DNA of 64,000 bases from Fistulifera solaris (taxonomy: Eukaryota): positions 1-64,000 of the forward strand of contig AP026148.1 of NCBI GenBank assembly GCA_030295235.1, given 5' to 3'. The notes under the pieces are model-generated. The model saw only the letters and a program-made list of their open reading frames with translations. It was not told where the DNA came from and searched no databases. The position numbers and the translations under genes are program-made. Below, piece by piece: positions 47,928-60,565 of this stretch. Position 1 is the first letter of the stretch, and each line of letters opens with the position of its first letter.

Positions 47928-50900
47928 TTACTTCGCATCTTTCTCAAACATGGCCATGATCGAATCTAAATCGGAAGCACTGTGAACGTGATGCCCAGCT
48001 GCTTTGTTAGAAGACTCTTGTGTCACCATCTTCGGTGGCTCTGAATCCATTGACGGCATCAAGGCCCTTTCACCTTGCATCATGTTCAGATTGACGGGCA
48101 AGGGTGGACTCTTGTAACGCATATCCAACTTTTTCGACAATTCTAATCCGAACGAAGCCACTTCCGCTTTGCTGGTGTTCACGGCACCTACGTTTTGCCA
48201 AGATTCGCGCTGTATTACAGAATAATAGTGAGTAATCACCAAACGTTCGAATGACGATAATACACACAAACAATTAACGTACGTGAACCAAGATGGTAAT
48301 GTACTCTACAGCAGTTAATCAAAAGAAATGAATGAATCATGTGAGACACCAAGACAAAGACAATTACATTAGCCCCCTTGCTTCGAGTCGCACGTACCAA
48401 TATAGCCAAGGTCGGCCATGATCTTCGTAGGCCGAAAGGCCGCAAAGTTCGCCCATTCACGCGGCCGCGCTCGCACAAATTTGCGCAAGGCTTGCTGAAA
48501 TACCTCAACTTTCTCGTATTCTACTTCCACTGAAAATTTGAAAAACACAAACACTTGCGCGTTGGGAGATCGTGCCATGTTCAAGATGCGAGAGTTAGCC
48601 ATGGAGGAGTTCGATAATGTCGCGCGCTCGTTGGTTACACCGTAGACGAGAGTCGTATTGAACAATGTAACGTCCTGAACGATAAAAGATGTAAAAACGT
48701 ATCAGAGTGGATCGATAACTCCAAGCACGGTTGACATCGACATCAGTGCATCGTACCTTTACAATCCAACCAGGGCTTCCATCGGAATTTGTGTCTACTT
48801 GGACATTCGACACGTGGATCCGGTCACCAATGTCATACGGACGCTGCAGCAATATGAACAGCCAGCCTTCGAACATTTTACTCATGGCCGAACCAATCAC
48901 GAAGGCAAAGGCGAGAATGAACGATGACATCGAAATGAACAGCGCCATGGGACTCACTCCGGATTGACTCAACAGGATACAACCCAGCGTCACGTAGAAA
49001 ATGACATTGATGACATTTTCGAACGCGCGGTCGACTTTCTCACTGTTATGTACCGCTGCCCGTAAGAGCTTCGCTTCCCTGTATACTGCGTCCACGCTTT
49101 TAACAAACTCGAGAAGTGTCAGATAACCTTCACGATCCGGGCGTAACAATCGAATCAAATCCTTCAATAGCTGTGGGTCGATTTCGCCAGACTCATCCAC
49201 CGTCGCCAAAGCCAACACGTCAAAGCGGAGAACACTTGTATCGGGGTTTAACACATTTAGACGGTGATACACTTCTTGCGACGAAATGATTGTGCTCTCG
49301 CGAGTCGAAGTATCACCCCAAGCTATACTGAACAAGAATCGATTGTCGAGGAAACTCAGGCTCTGACGAAACTGGAGAATGGCGTCAATCGAAATGGAGT
49401 CTTCAACTCCCAATTCTTTTTCGGGATCTTCCCACGCACCGAGGTATTCGTTGATGCGATTACGATCGGCCTGACTCAAGTCTCGTGGATCATTAACCTC
49501 AATAACGCGTCCCATGAGTTGATCCAGAGAATCGGGGGCTGGAGCAGAGAAATCTTGTGCATTGTTCAGATTATCTTCGGATCCTGTACGAAGCAAGCCA
49601 TTGTATTGCTCCTCACTGAAACCATAGTTTTCGAGAGCAATCGTGCCGGTGAAATTTTTCTTGCGTCGCGTGCTCCGACGCGACAGATCACGTGCAACAA
49701 AGGCGACACGGCCTAGCAGAAGAAGCTTTTTCATGAGCTTGGCCAAATCCTCCGAATAGTTGCGATAGATTTTACGGCCGAGCATGAATCCCACCCACAC
49801 GCGTTTGACGGAGATCGCCAATCCCACTCCGATGCCCATAATCAAAAGACGACGATACCAATCTTCTCCAGGAATACCGCCACTGGGATTTGCTTGTGTG
49901 AAGATCGATAGGTAGTTATCGAAGTAGTACGTTTGCCATTGCCCCCAGTGTTTTGCAAAGTCTGTATTGCCTTGCAACAACGCTAAATCCCATAAGGACC
50001 AGAAGAACATGTGGAACGGCACTCCTCGCGATTGAATGATAAACAAAGTGAAGAACTGTCCAAAGGTGTTGACAAAGATCCGTGTACTGACGCAGAAGAA
50101 ATCAATGATAATCGTTTGACACATTTTGGCGAGGCTCAATGTGATGATTTGTCGAACACAGAGAAAAAGAATCCACCAACTCGCCGATGCCGTTTTCGCA
50201 TCAAATTCTTCTCCATTGGTATTGACGAGAATGGTCGTATTGGTCTCGAAGTCATAAACTAATTTCGAATCATCCTCAATCCGACCCGTCGGAGGATTTC
50301 CTGCCAAGTAAAATAGAATGAACGAAATCCCAATAGCTGGTACAACTAAAAGCATCAACGTCCACAGATACGCCCGCAATGCACTTTTGCGCTGTTGCGT
50401 GAATTCCCTCGCATCGCTCACTAAACCTTGTCCTGCTTGTTGCATGGCCTTTTTCTTTGCCTTCGTTTTCGTCTTGCTCTTTCTTTTGTCTGTCTTCTTG
50501 GGGTCGTCATTCTCATCTGTACGATTCGATTCACCTAATGCGCCGCTGGAATGACCTTCTTCCATATCGGTCAAGGCTGAGTTGGAGGGAATGGTTGACA
50601 ATGGCATTTTCAAATCTCTCTCTTCGTCTTCAGAAAGAGCCGCTTTCATCTGCAAGGTCGTTTTTAAAGCACCCCAGTGTTTGTGCGCCTGTATTTTAGC
50701 CTCTTCCTTTTCCGCATCCGATTTGCCCCGGAATACTAACGTTGCACTTTGATCGAATTGTGACGCCGTTGCGGACGGATTGAGATGATGAATATCATCG
50801 TCGTCGTCGTCATTATCCGAGCCATCATTACTCCCTTCTTCCATCCGATGCATCGCAGCCATGGCTTGCGTCAAGCCAAACAACGTTGACTCCATCGTCT

Positions 50901-51681
50901 TGTTGCGACGGTGCATCTCCGAAGTAGTTGAATGCTTCGAGGTTGCCGCTGAACTGATTTTGGATGCTTTGGATGTCGCGGAACGTGTATCTGACGCCTT
51001 TTCTGGCGGTGACTGCTGTTGTTGAAATGACGTTGCATCATCGGGTACATTCTGTAAAATGCGGGTCCCCGAATCCACCGAAAATCCCCGATCTCTTTGT
51101 TGATTTTGGTGAGCCAGTTTCTCCATGGCGTACACAATCGATTCAATCGCTTCCGCTTCGTGATTCCCGCCGCGCACATCCGCCAGTGACACATGGGTTT
51201 GTATCTCTCGTTTCGGTGGCGGAGGCTCAATGTTGGGGAGTAAGGGAGGTCGATCCGATAGGGGGCGCTGTGTCGTCATGTACGTGGAAGCCGGTGTCAA
51301 AGGACTGTAGGGTTCGTCTTCTTCCTGTACTTGTGTATTCTTCACCATGGAAATCCATCGATCGGCTGTATTGAACGTCGAAGCACGCGTTGCATCATTG
51401 ACTGCTGCGGGACGTGGCGGTGTTGTTGTTGCTGTTGATGTCAGACGATTCACCGTCTCTTGACTCATGGGAATCGGCGGTACTGATTGCGATGGCTGTT
51501 GCTGTTGATCCCCCCACGACAACTGTCGATCTTTCGATGTTTTCGGTTTAGAGAGATACGTAACAAGCGGCTCTTCTTCTTCTTCACTTCCGACGGTTGT
51601 AGCTCGAGGAACAGGGTTGGTTGGAGGTTTTCCTCCGCCTTCATTGCCGTCATTATTCGTCTTAATCGTTTCCGAGCTCAT
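47928..51681 (-). CDS. MscS-like mechanosensitive ion channel (copy 1) with long disordered N-terminus and EF-hand-like loop
   Basis: Motifs FEGWLFILLQRPYDIGDRIHV, NS.MANSRILNMARSP and RPDREGYLTLLEF. Introns ~48676-48756, 48306-48397 and 48211-48282, with a 23-nt micro-exon at 48283-48305. Confidence 0.93.
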
Positions 51682-52366
51682 CTTTTCCAACGCTTTCTCT
51701 AATCTAAGTTGCAAGGCTTGTTTTAGTTGTTCTATTCTTTGTTTAATGATTCACTGAACGTCAATAAATCCTTTCGTTGTGTTAAATCTAATAATTGCCT
51801 CGGTTGCTTTAATGAATGAACTCTCTCTCTCTCGTGTTTCCATGGTTGCGTTTTTTTTTCTCCGACGAAAACGAGATCCGTTGAGACTCGATACAATCTG
51901 TACACCGATTCCGGAATGGAAGAAACACGACAGACATCGATCCAAATGGAATTCAGGAACGGATGGAATGCCGATCAAATTGTAGGAAAAGGACAGGCTG
52001 ACGTGCGATTGGTCATCGGTTTCGATAAATAGATGAGTCTTGCCAAGTTTTCTTCACCAATCGACAGAGTTGAAGTATCTCTCCACCAGTATCAAGCTGA
52101 AGATGCTATCTAGGGCTCTAGGGAGAGAGAGGGAGAGTCGTAAGCAGTCAATGAGGCTGAAATACACAATTTACGGGTCGCCCGGTCGTCGATAAATTTC
52201 CTACGGGGGTTACGTGCCAATCACGTAGACATTCGAAGCATCGCATCTTTCCTCTTTTCGATGTTTACATCGCAATTTTAAGAATCTCAAAACATTGGAG
52301 ATTGGGTGGTACCAGGTACCGGTACCGTAAAAACAACCAGGATCAGTATGCTACTCTATCTCTCTC

Positions 52367-52389
52367 TCGTGACTGAAATCAAGTCGTGG
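52367..52389 (+). promoter_or_regulatory. Dyad element copy 11
   Basis: TCGTGACTGAAATCAAGTCGTGG, upstream of MscS copy 1. Confidence 0.65.
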
Positions 52390-52704
52390 TGGACTCGCAA
52401 AAACTTTCACCTAGGGTGAACTTTGCAGGGCATGGGACCGGTGTAAAATTGGCAGCACCGTATGTGATTTGGGTGATTATCCTCGCAATCGATGTCGTTC
52501 GGCGTTGCCATGCTTGAATTTAAATCAGAAAGTACTCGCTTGAATCTTCTCACTTGCGGAAAGCTGAAAGGAGAGAGTGAAGGTGGAGGATGAGATGTAC
52601 AAGCATTTAAGACGTGTTTCACACTGCAGATTTTTCACATGAATCAATGAGGAACCATTGCTGATTATTGATGAAATGACAAGAAAAAGAGTGTTGCTTA
52701 TTCA

Positions 52705-55700
52705 TTACGCTTCTTTTTTGTCAAATAGCGCCATGACAGAATTCATATCAAACGAATTACCATGAACCGGATGTCCAGGACGACCGCTTGTGCTGTTATT
52801 TTCGTCTAAATTCACGCTTCCCATGCTACCAGAGTTAGCGGCCAGTAGGCTCAGTGTGACGGGTAACGGTGGACTCTTGTAGCGCATATCCAACTTTTTC
52901 GATAATTCATTCCCAAATGAAGCGACTTCCGCTTTGCTCGTCAAGATAGCCGTCACATTTTGCCATGCTTCGCGCTAGAATGAAAACAGTGAAAAGAAAG
53001 AAACATGAATGTGAGGAACAAACAAAAGAGGTACATGCAACTCCCGCCTCTGGACGTACGTGAACTAAAAAGGTAACATATTCAATATACCCGAGATCGG
53101 CCATGATCTTGGTCGATCGAAAGGCCCCAAAGTTAGCCCATTCGCGAGGACGTGCACGCACAAAACTACGGAGGGCTTGGTGGAAGATTTCAATCTTTTC
53201 GTATTTAACTTCGACGGAAAACTTGAAATACACGTAGACTTGAGCATTGGGGGAGCGAGCAAAGTTTATCACTCGCGAAGTGGCCATGGAAGAATTGGAG
53301 AGGGTGGCTTTTTCGTTTGTACCGCCGGATAGAATTGTGGTATGAAATAAGGTTACGTCCTTTGAAAAACAGAAAATACGTGAATGGAGTGAGGGGAATG
53401 GACGACACCACTATATCGTTTCCCCGACAATCCTATCGTACCTTGACGATCCAGCTCGGATTTCCATCCGCGTTCGTGTCTTGTTGCACATTGGAGACGT
53501 GAATTCGGTCGCCGATATCGTACGGACGCTGCAATAGAATAAAGAGCCAGCCTTCGAACATTTTGCTCATGGCTGGACCGATAATAAAGGCGAACGCCAC
53601 TATATTTGTCGACATGGCCACAAACAGAGCGGTGGGATTTACTCCCAATTGACTCAACACGGCAAACCCCAAGATGAAGTAAAACGCAATGTTAATGACG
53701 TTCTCAAACGCACGATCTACTTTTTTCACTGTTCTGCACGGCTGCTCGTAACAATCGTGCTTCTTTGTAGACAACATCCACGCTCTTTTAAATTTGATTT
53801 CAATGTTGACGTAAAGCTGAGTGAACGCTTAAACAGACAAACATAGCTCTTAAATATTGCACTTACCTTGACAAATTCAAGTAGCGTCAAATTACCATCT
53901 CGATCGGGGCGAACTAGTCGAATTAATTCCTTCAATTGCTTGGTATTGATTTCACCGTCTTCATCGACCGCCGCTAGTGTCATAATGTCAAAACGGAGTG
54001 TACTGGAGTCGGGAGACATAATGTTCAGCTTGTGAAAAACGTTTTGGGAAGCCATGATGGTGCTCTCTCGGGTTGATGTATCGCCCCAAGCAATGCTGAA
54101 CAAGAAGCGATTGTCCAAGAAACTGAGACTTTGACGGAACTGCAATATGGAGTCAATGGAAATATCTTCAGCAATGCCCATCTCCTTCTCCGGTTCTTCC
54201 CAGGCGCCAAGATATTCATCGATACGGTTCCGCTCAGCTTGCGTTAACTGTAAAGGATCTTCGCTATCAATGAGTTGTCCCGACAATTCATTCAAATCTT
54301 CATGCACTGTTTCATCGGAGCTATGTTTAACCAGGTCGTCATCGGAATTGCTACGAAGTAAGCCATAGTATTGCTCCTCGCTAAATCCATATTTGTTGAT
54401 GGAAAGACTTTTCACGAGCTGTGCGTTGTGATAGGATGCCCGGCGAGCGACATCGCGTGCTACGAAGGCAACTTTTCCCAGTAAAAGTAGTTTCTTCATG
54501 AGTTTAGCCAAATCCTCCGAGTAGTTTCTATAGATTTTCTTTCCCAATAAAAAGCCCAACCAAACACGTTTGATGGCTACCACCAATCCGACGACCATCA
54601 TCAGAATTAAAACACGTCTGTACAGCGGTTCATCCGGAATACCGCCGCTTGGATTGTGATAAGTGAATAGCGTCAAGTATGACTGCCAATAACCCCAGTG
54701 GTTGACAAACTCTGAATCGCCTTGCAGCAAACCAAAATCTAGCGACGCCCATGTGAACATGAGAAAGGGCCATCCACGTGACTGTATCACAAATAAGGTG
54801 AACATTTGTCCAAATACATTGACAAACGTCCGATTACTGACACAGAAGAAATCAATGATAACGACTTGTAGCATTTTTGCCATGCTGAATGTTATGACGT
54901 GCCGCACACAAAGAAAAAGAATCCACCAACTAGCTGATGCTTGGTTTGCGGCAAATTCTTCTCCGTCCTCATTGATCAAGACGGTCGTATTTGTTTCGAA
55001 ATCGAAAATCAGTTTTGTGGAGCTGTTGATACGTCCCGTTGGTGGATTGTCGGCCCAATAGAACAATATCGCAGAAATAGTAATGGCTGGGGCGATCCAG
55101 AGTGCCACTGCGTACAAATAACCTCGGAAGACTGACCAACGTTGTCGGGTGAATGCCCGTGCATCGCTGATAAGTCCCTGCCTCACTTGCGACTGGAGAG
55201 AACGTCGCCGTCTACGCATTTTGTTCCACCGACTCTGACGGAGACTCCCGTTTTGCCTTGCCGATGGTGTTTTCTCATCCTCGCATTGGACAGCTATTTT
55301 CACCTTTCCTTCTTCCATTTCCGTGATAGGTGTATTCGCGTGGACGCTTGGCGTCGTCGCTTCCCTCTGGGTGCACGCCATGATCCTCGTTGTCTTGACT
55401 ATATGTGCGTCCGCTCGCTTTTATAGTCGTTGCTGTTTGCACTGTTTGTTTCAGAGCATTCCAGTTCTTCTGCGCCGATACCTTTGCTGCAACGAGTTCG
55501 GCCGCCGTTTTCCCACAATACACGGCATTGGCCGTTGCATCAAACACAGGATTAGTCGCAATAGGCGGATGTTCTTTTTCGTTCTCGTTGTCGCTGTCAC
55601 TTGACATGTAGTTGTCATCTCCGTCTCGTCCTTCTTGGTGCATGGCGTTCATGGCTTGTGTCAAATCGAAGAGAGTATTGTCCATAGTTTTCGTATGCCG

Positions 55701-57158
55701 ATGCTTATTGGCGTGAGATGCCGTGCTCATTTGCGGTTTACTAATCATGGCCGGTCGTGCCACATTGGCGTTCGTCGCAGTGCTTTTTTGTGGCTTGTTC
55801 ATCATGGCGGGCCGGGCAATATGGTTAGAGTTGGTCGCCGTACTCATTTGCGGCTTATTGATCATGGCGGGTCTGCCAAGAGGATTGGATTGCGTTGCAG
55901 TACTTTTTTGAGGCTTGTTGATCACATCTGGTTTGGAAGCATTTGGCTTGGAAACATTGGTAGTGCTCGAAGTTGCTTTGGAGTTCACCGACACGCCTTC
56001 TGCGACCGATGTATGATCGGGAATATCTTTACCGGCCAAGGCCCCGTCGCCTTTTTCATCATCATCGTCCTCATCATCGCTTAAAAATACATCGGTATCG
56101 GGAACATGCCGCAAAATCGTGGAACCACTTCGACTGACATTATCAAAGGATTTTGTGCGCGCCCGTTGTTGCTGTTGTTGTTGCTTGGCCAATCGGCGTT
56201 CGACGGCGACAAGAATAGCGTTTTCTGCTTCACTTTCCATACTACTCGGTCCTGATACATCCTGCAGTGTCACCAACATGGGTTGTAGATTTTTACTGGG
56301 TGGTACCAATTGCGGCATGGCCAGAGACTCGGGTGCTGGAGCGCTGGCAAATTCAGTCTCTTCCATCGAACCAGTAGTGAGCGGACTGTAGGCAACACTG
56401 TTTGACGAATCCGCCACCATTGCCATCCACTTCTCGACGTCTGTATTCGAAAAGGCTGGTCGGTTGGTTTTGTTGGATGTCATAGGAACGGGTGGTCGAG
56501 GAGGTGAAAATGTGGGAGGAGGCAATCGGTTGGGGGCAAGAAGACTCGTGGGCGGAGAATTCTGCGTTGGATTACTTTGCGTTGCTAAATCTTTTCCGAC
56601 CTGATCACTCCAAGATAATTGTCGGTTGGCTGTTTTGGGTTTGGGAAGCATCAATTTGTTACTCGCCAAGTCGCTGACAATGTTTTCTTCTTTTAAAGAG
56701 GAAAGAGGAGGAGAAGAGGGCGGAGTGGCATCCCGTGGTTGATTTTGTGTCGCGAGATCTTTTCCGAAATGATCACTCCATGAAAGTTGCCGATTCGCAG
56801 GTTTCGGTTTGGGAAGCAAAGGCTTACTCATGCTACTCGCTGCAGGCAACTCGCTTAAAGTGTCGTAGACTGGCTGGGTAAAAGTAGGAGTATTAGGATG
56901 AAGAGGAGGAGGTGAAAAAGGCGCTGGAGGAGAAATCTGTGGTTGATCGGATGTTGTGGGACTAGTTCCTAGCTGATCACTCCAAGAGAGTTGTCTATCT
57001 TTCGCTGGTTTCGGTTTTAAAAGTATCGGCACGTTCGAATTGTTGCTCGAAGTCAAATCGCTGACACTTTCGTCCTCATTTTCTGATTTCGTTTCTTCTT
57101 TCTTAGATTGTGCGGTCGGCGGCTTTCCGCTATTCGTGAGAGATTCGTCATTATTCAT
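52705..57158 (-). CDS. MscS-like mechanosensitive ion channel (copy 2, tandem paralogue)
   Basis: Same core motifs (RPYDIGDRIHV, SRVINFARSP). Introns 53785-53866, ~53360-53441 and ~52976-53060. Frameshifts near 55380 and in a homopolymer at ~53721. Confidence 0.92.
55715..55925 (-). repeat. Coding ~60-bp tandem repeat, ~3.5 copies (NKPQ[KM]STAT.....RPAM[IM])
   Basis: Visible in the translation of ORF 55275-57347. Confidence 0.85.
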
Positions 57159-57324
57159 TTTATTAGCGCTGACACCGATGCCTTTGTAGGTATCTTGAAA
57201 ATGGTTGATGCAATCGTTCGAAAGAAGCAAGTGTTTGTTTTTTTTTTCGTTTTGCCGGCTCTGTGCGCGGTTGGTTGTTGTGAGGCGGAAAAGTGACATG
57301 ACGTGTAGCGTGTAGCCTCGTGAC

Positions 57325-57349
57325 TCATGACTGAATAATGCAGTCATGA
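57325..57349. promoter_or_regulatory. Dyad element copy 12 (perfect 9-bp arms)
   Basis: TCATGACTG-AATAATG-CAGTCATGA, ~170 bp upstream of the MscS copy 2 ATG. Confidence 0.65.
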
Positions 57350-57751
57350 ATTTCGAATGGGTCTACACTTCGTAACTATAGTGGATTTTGCACCTAGAGT
57401 TTCCACGTACTAGTAACGACTACCATTTAAATTTGCCCGGTGAGTCACAAAGTCTATGGCTTAAACGTTACATTCGCTGGTAGGAAGAAACATCCATACA
57501 TTAATCAGCTGGATTTTCGTAGGTCACTGCTTGGCATCCCTGGTAGCGACATCATCTTCTACTAATTGACTAGCAATTACATTACCAGGTAACGAAATCG
57601 AATAGAACTTTAGATCTAAAGTATAACTTCTACTTATGTCTGCCATAATATGTATGGAGAAAGCGGCAGAGGCGTGTATGAACTGTTCAAAAGATTCGAT
57701 TTTCCTTCATTCAGAAGAAACTTCGGGGACGCCCCATCGCAGCTGTCATGT

Positions 57752-58887
57752 TTAAGGCAACATTACCTCATCAAGGATATGCAGGATTCCGTTACAGGCG
57801 GGCAAGTTCACCTCGATAATCTCCGGCATGTCGCTTCGTGGGTTACCAGCTCCTTTCTGGAAGACGGAGGCCCCACGACAGACGGTGCGGCTGTCCTTTC
57901 CATTGGCCATTTTGACTCGCTTCTTGCACCGAAGATCGGTGGATAGGACTTCACCAGCAACGGCGTGGAAAAGAAGAATGTCCATCAACAAGTCCTTGTC
58001 GGCCAAGACATCATTGAGTGTGTCGCCTAGCTTTTCAAAAGCAGCATTGTTGGGCGCAAATACAGTCCACGAGCCGCTGCTCAGGGCTTCCCCGAGCCCA
58101 GCTTCAGTGACGGCTGTACAGAGCGTCGAAAAATCATCCGTGCTGCAAGCAATCTCGGCTGCAAATGGACGTTAGTGATTTTTAGTATGCGATTTTCCCT
58201 GGTAATTTGTGTTCACGTACCGATGGACATGCAATCACCCGTAGGTGCGGCAACAGGGGTAGGAGCTGGGACCGGAGCCGGTACCGGAACGGGAGCGGGA
58301 ACCGAAACCGGAACAGGAGCTGGAGCTGAAACAAAAAGCATTACCTCATCAATCTCGTGAATCAGCCCATTGCATGCTTTGATGTCTGTGGTTAAAATTT
58401 CTGGCATCGCGTCGCGGCTATTCCCTGCTCCTTTCTGGAAGATGGAATCCCCACGGCAGACAGTACGACTGTCGGCACCGTTCGCCATTGTCACCGTTTC
58501 TCTGCACTTCAGATCCTTTGAAAAGACTTCTCCTTCAACGGCATGGAAGAGCAAGATACTTGTCAACAAGTCCTTGTCAGCCAAGACATCATTGAGGGTG
58601 TCGCCTAACTTTTCAAAAGCAGCATTGTTGGGCGCAAATACAGTCCACGATCCTTCGCTCAAAGCCTCGGCAAGCCCAGCTTCAGTGACTGCCGTACAAA
58701 GAGTCGAGAAATCTTCCGTGCTGCAAGCAATTTCAGCTGCGAATCACAATATTAGGTTAGGGTACAAGTCTTATACATGGGTTCGCAATGAATTTATCTC
58801 AGAACACATACCGATAGAAGAGCACTGAGCTCGCACCGATTCAACGAGAGCGGCAGCCAAGACGAGTTTAGAGAGACGTAGGAACAT
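57752..58887 (-). CDS. Secreted fasciclin protein, 2 FAS1 domains with (PA/PV)n linker
   Basis: Exons 58887-58812, 58736-58221 and 58158-57752. Signal peptide MFLRLSKLVLAAALVESVRAQC; WTVFAPNNAAF occurs twice. Confidence 0.95.
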
Positions 58888-59421
58888 GTTAAATACACTG
58901 TTTTTCAGGTTTGGAGAAGATTTTCTTCGTCAATGTTTGACGTTTTATGAAGAAAAAGGTGATCTGCGATGGAATGCAAATTGGGCGTACTGTTCACATA
59001 CAAGACTTTGCGGTCGGTGAGGTACAGTCATACAGTGATGCACATGACGTACCAGGCACTTTACAGTATCTTTCAAAAGATAAGTGGACTTTTTCCAAAT
59101 AAGCGCGAAGGTGATTTAAGACGCCGGCAGGCAGAAAGCATCTAGCTATTTCTGGAATTTGGCGCGACAGGATGTAGTTGGCGAAAGTTTCCACGGTACA
59201 GTACAAAATTCAGTCGAATGTCAAGATTAGATTCTGACGATTAAAAAATTAGAAAAAATTGACGTGTTGTACTTGTACCAGCGTCAGTTGGAAGAGTCGC
59301 CGAGCCGTTCATAACCGTTCGGATATATGTTGTGACAGTACTTTGTATCATAATATAAACACTCTACTACGCTCCAACCTCGTACCCGGTACCAGGTATC
59401 CTTCGTGTGGATGAAGTGGAC

Positions 59422-59444
59422 TCGTGATTGATATGCAGTCGTGG
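59422..59444 (+). promoter_or_regulatory. Dyad element copy 13
   Basis: TCGTGATTGATATGCAGTCGTGG, upstream of the 2-domain fasciclin gene. Confidence 0.6.
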
Positions 59445-59991
59445 GAAATACCAACCACATTTTGGGACAAATGATTAAAATTGAGGGTATGGAATAATTA
59501 TTTAGAGTCATCAATGTATGAAAAGACAGCGTAAGAGAAAATATCCGTGCTTAGTAGCATTATAAAAGCAGTTTATGCCATAACAGTAATTTATTTACAT
59601 AGGGAGCTTCAATTGGGCAGCAAGGGCGCCTACCATTCCAGACATAAGTTTGCGGATGGGAAGGCAACGGGGACGGTTCCATTGAAGCGGATCGTCTTTT
59701 CCCTCACAATTCCGGTATATCGTACCAGGTATCTGGTCTACCTTAAAAAATAGGTTGTCGGGCAAGAGGATTTGGATCCGTGATGTGATTCGCACAGCAG
59801 ATAATTATACAACAACACCTGTTCTATCCCAGCAAGTGTGTTGGGAATTTGGGTTCAATCAAACACAAAAGGCCTTCATATTTTGGTCATACTTTGTACT
59901 ATTATTATCTGCCATGATATACATAAAAGAGAAGGTGGCATAAACTTTGTTCATAGGGATCACTTTAGACATAGCCCAGACGATTGAATGT

Positions 59992-60565
59992 CTAGGGCAA
60001 CATGACTTCATCCACAATATGAATAACTCCATTGCATGCCTCAATATCAACCGAAACGATGGCCGGCATGTCGCTACGTGGGTTACCAGCTCCCTTTTGA
60101 TAGATGGTGCCCCCACGACAGACTGTGCGGCTATCTTTTCCGTTAGCCATTTCGACACGTTCCGTGCACTTCAAATCCGTCGAAAGGACTTCTCCAGCAA
60201 CGGCGTGAAAGAGAAGGACATCCGTCAACAAATCCTTGTCAGCCAATACAGCATCCAAGGTGTCACCTAGGTTGGCGAACGCCTCATTGCTAGGAGCAAA
60301 AACAGTCCACGATCCTTCACTGAGAGCTTCAGCGAGTCCAGCCTCGGTAACGGCCGTGCAAAGCGTCGAGAAGTCATCCGTGCTGCAAGCAATCTCGGCT
60401 GTGAAATACAAAAGAGGCTTTTGAGTGAACTATCTCCGATGTTCGAGTTTGATGTCAAGAAACCTCATCCTTCATCACAACGCACATACCGATGGAAGAG
60501 CACTGAGCTCGCACCGATTCAACGAGAGCGGCAGCCAAGAGGAGTTTAGAGAAGCGAAAGAACAT
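59992..60565 (-). CDS. Secreted fasciclin protein, single FAS1 domain
   Basis: Exons 60565-60490 and 60398-59992. Signal peptide MFFRFSKLLLAAALVESVRAQC; WTVFAPSNEAF...NGVIHIVDEVMLP. Confidence 0.95.
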
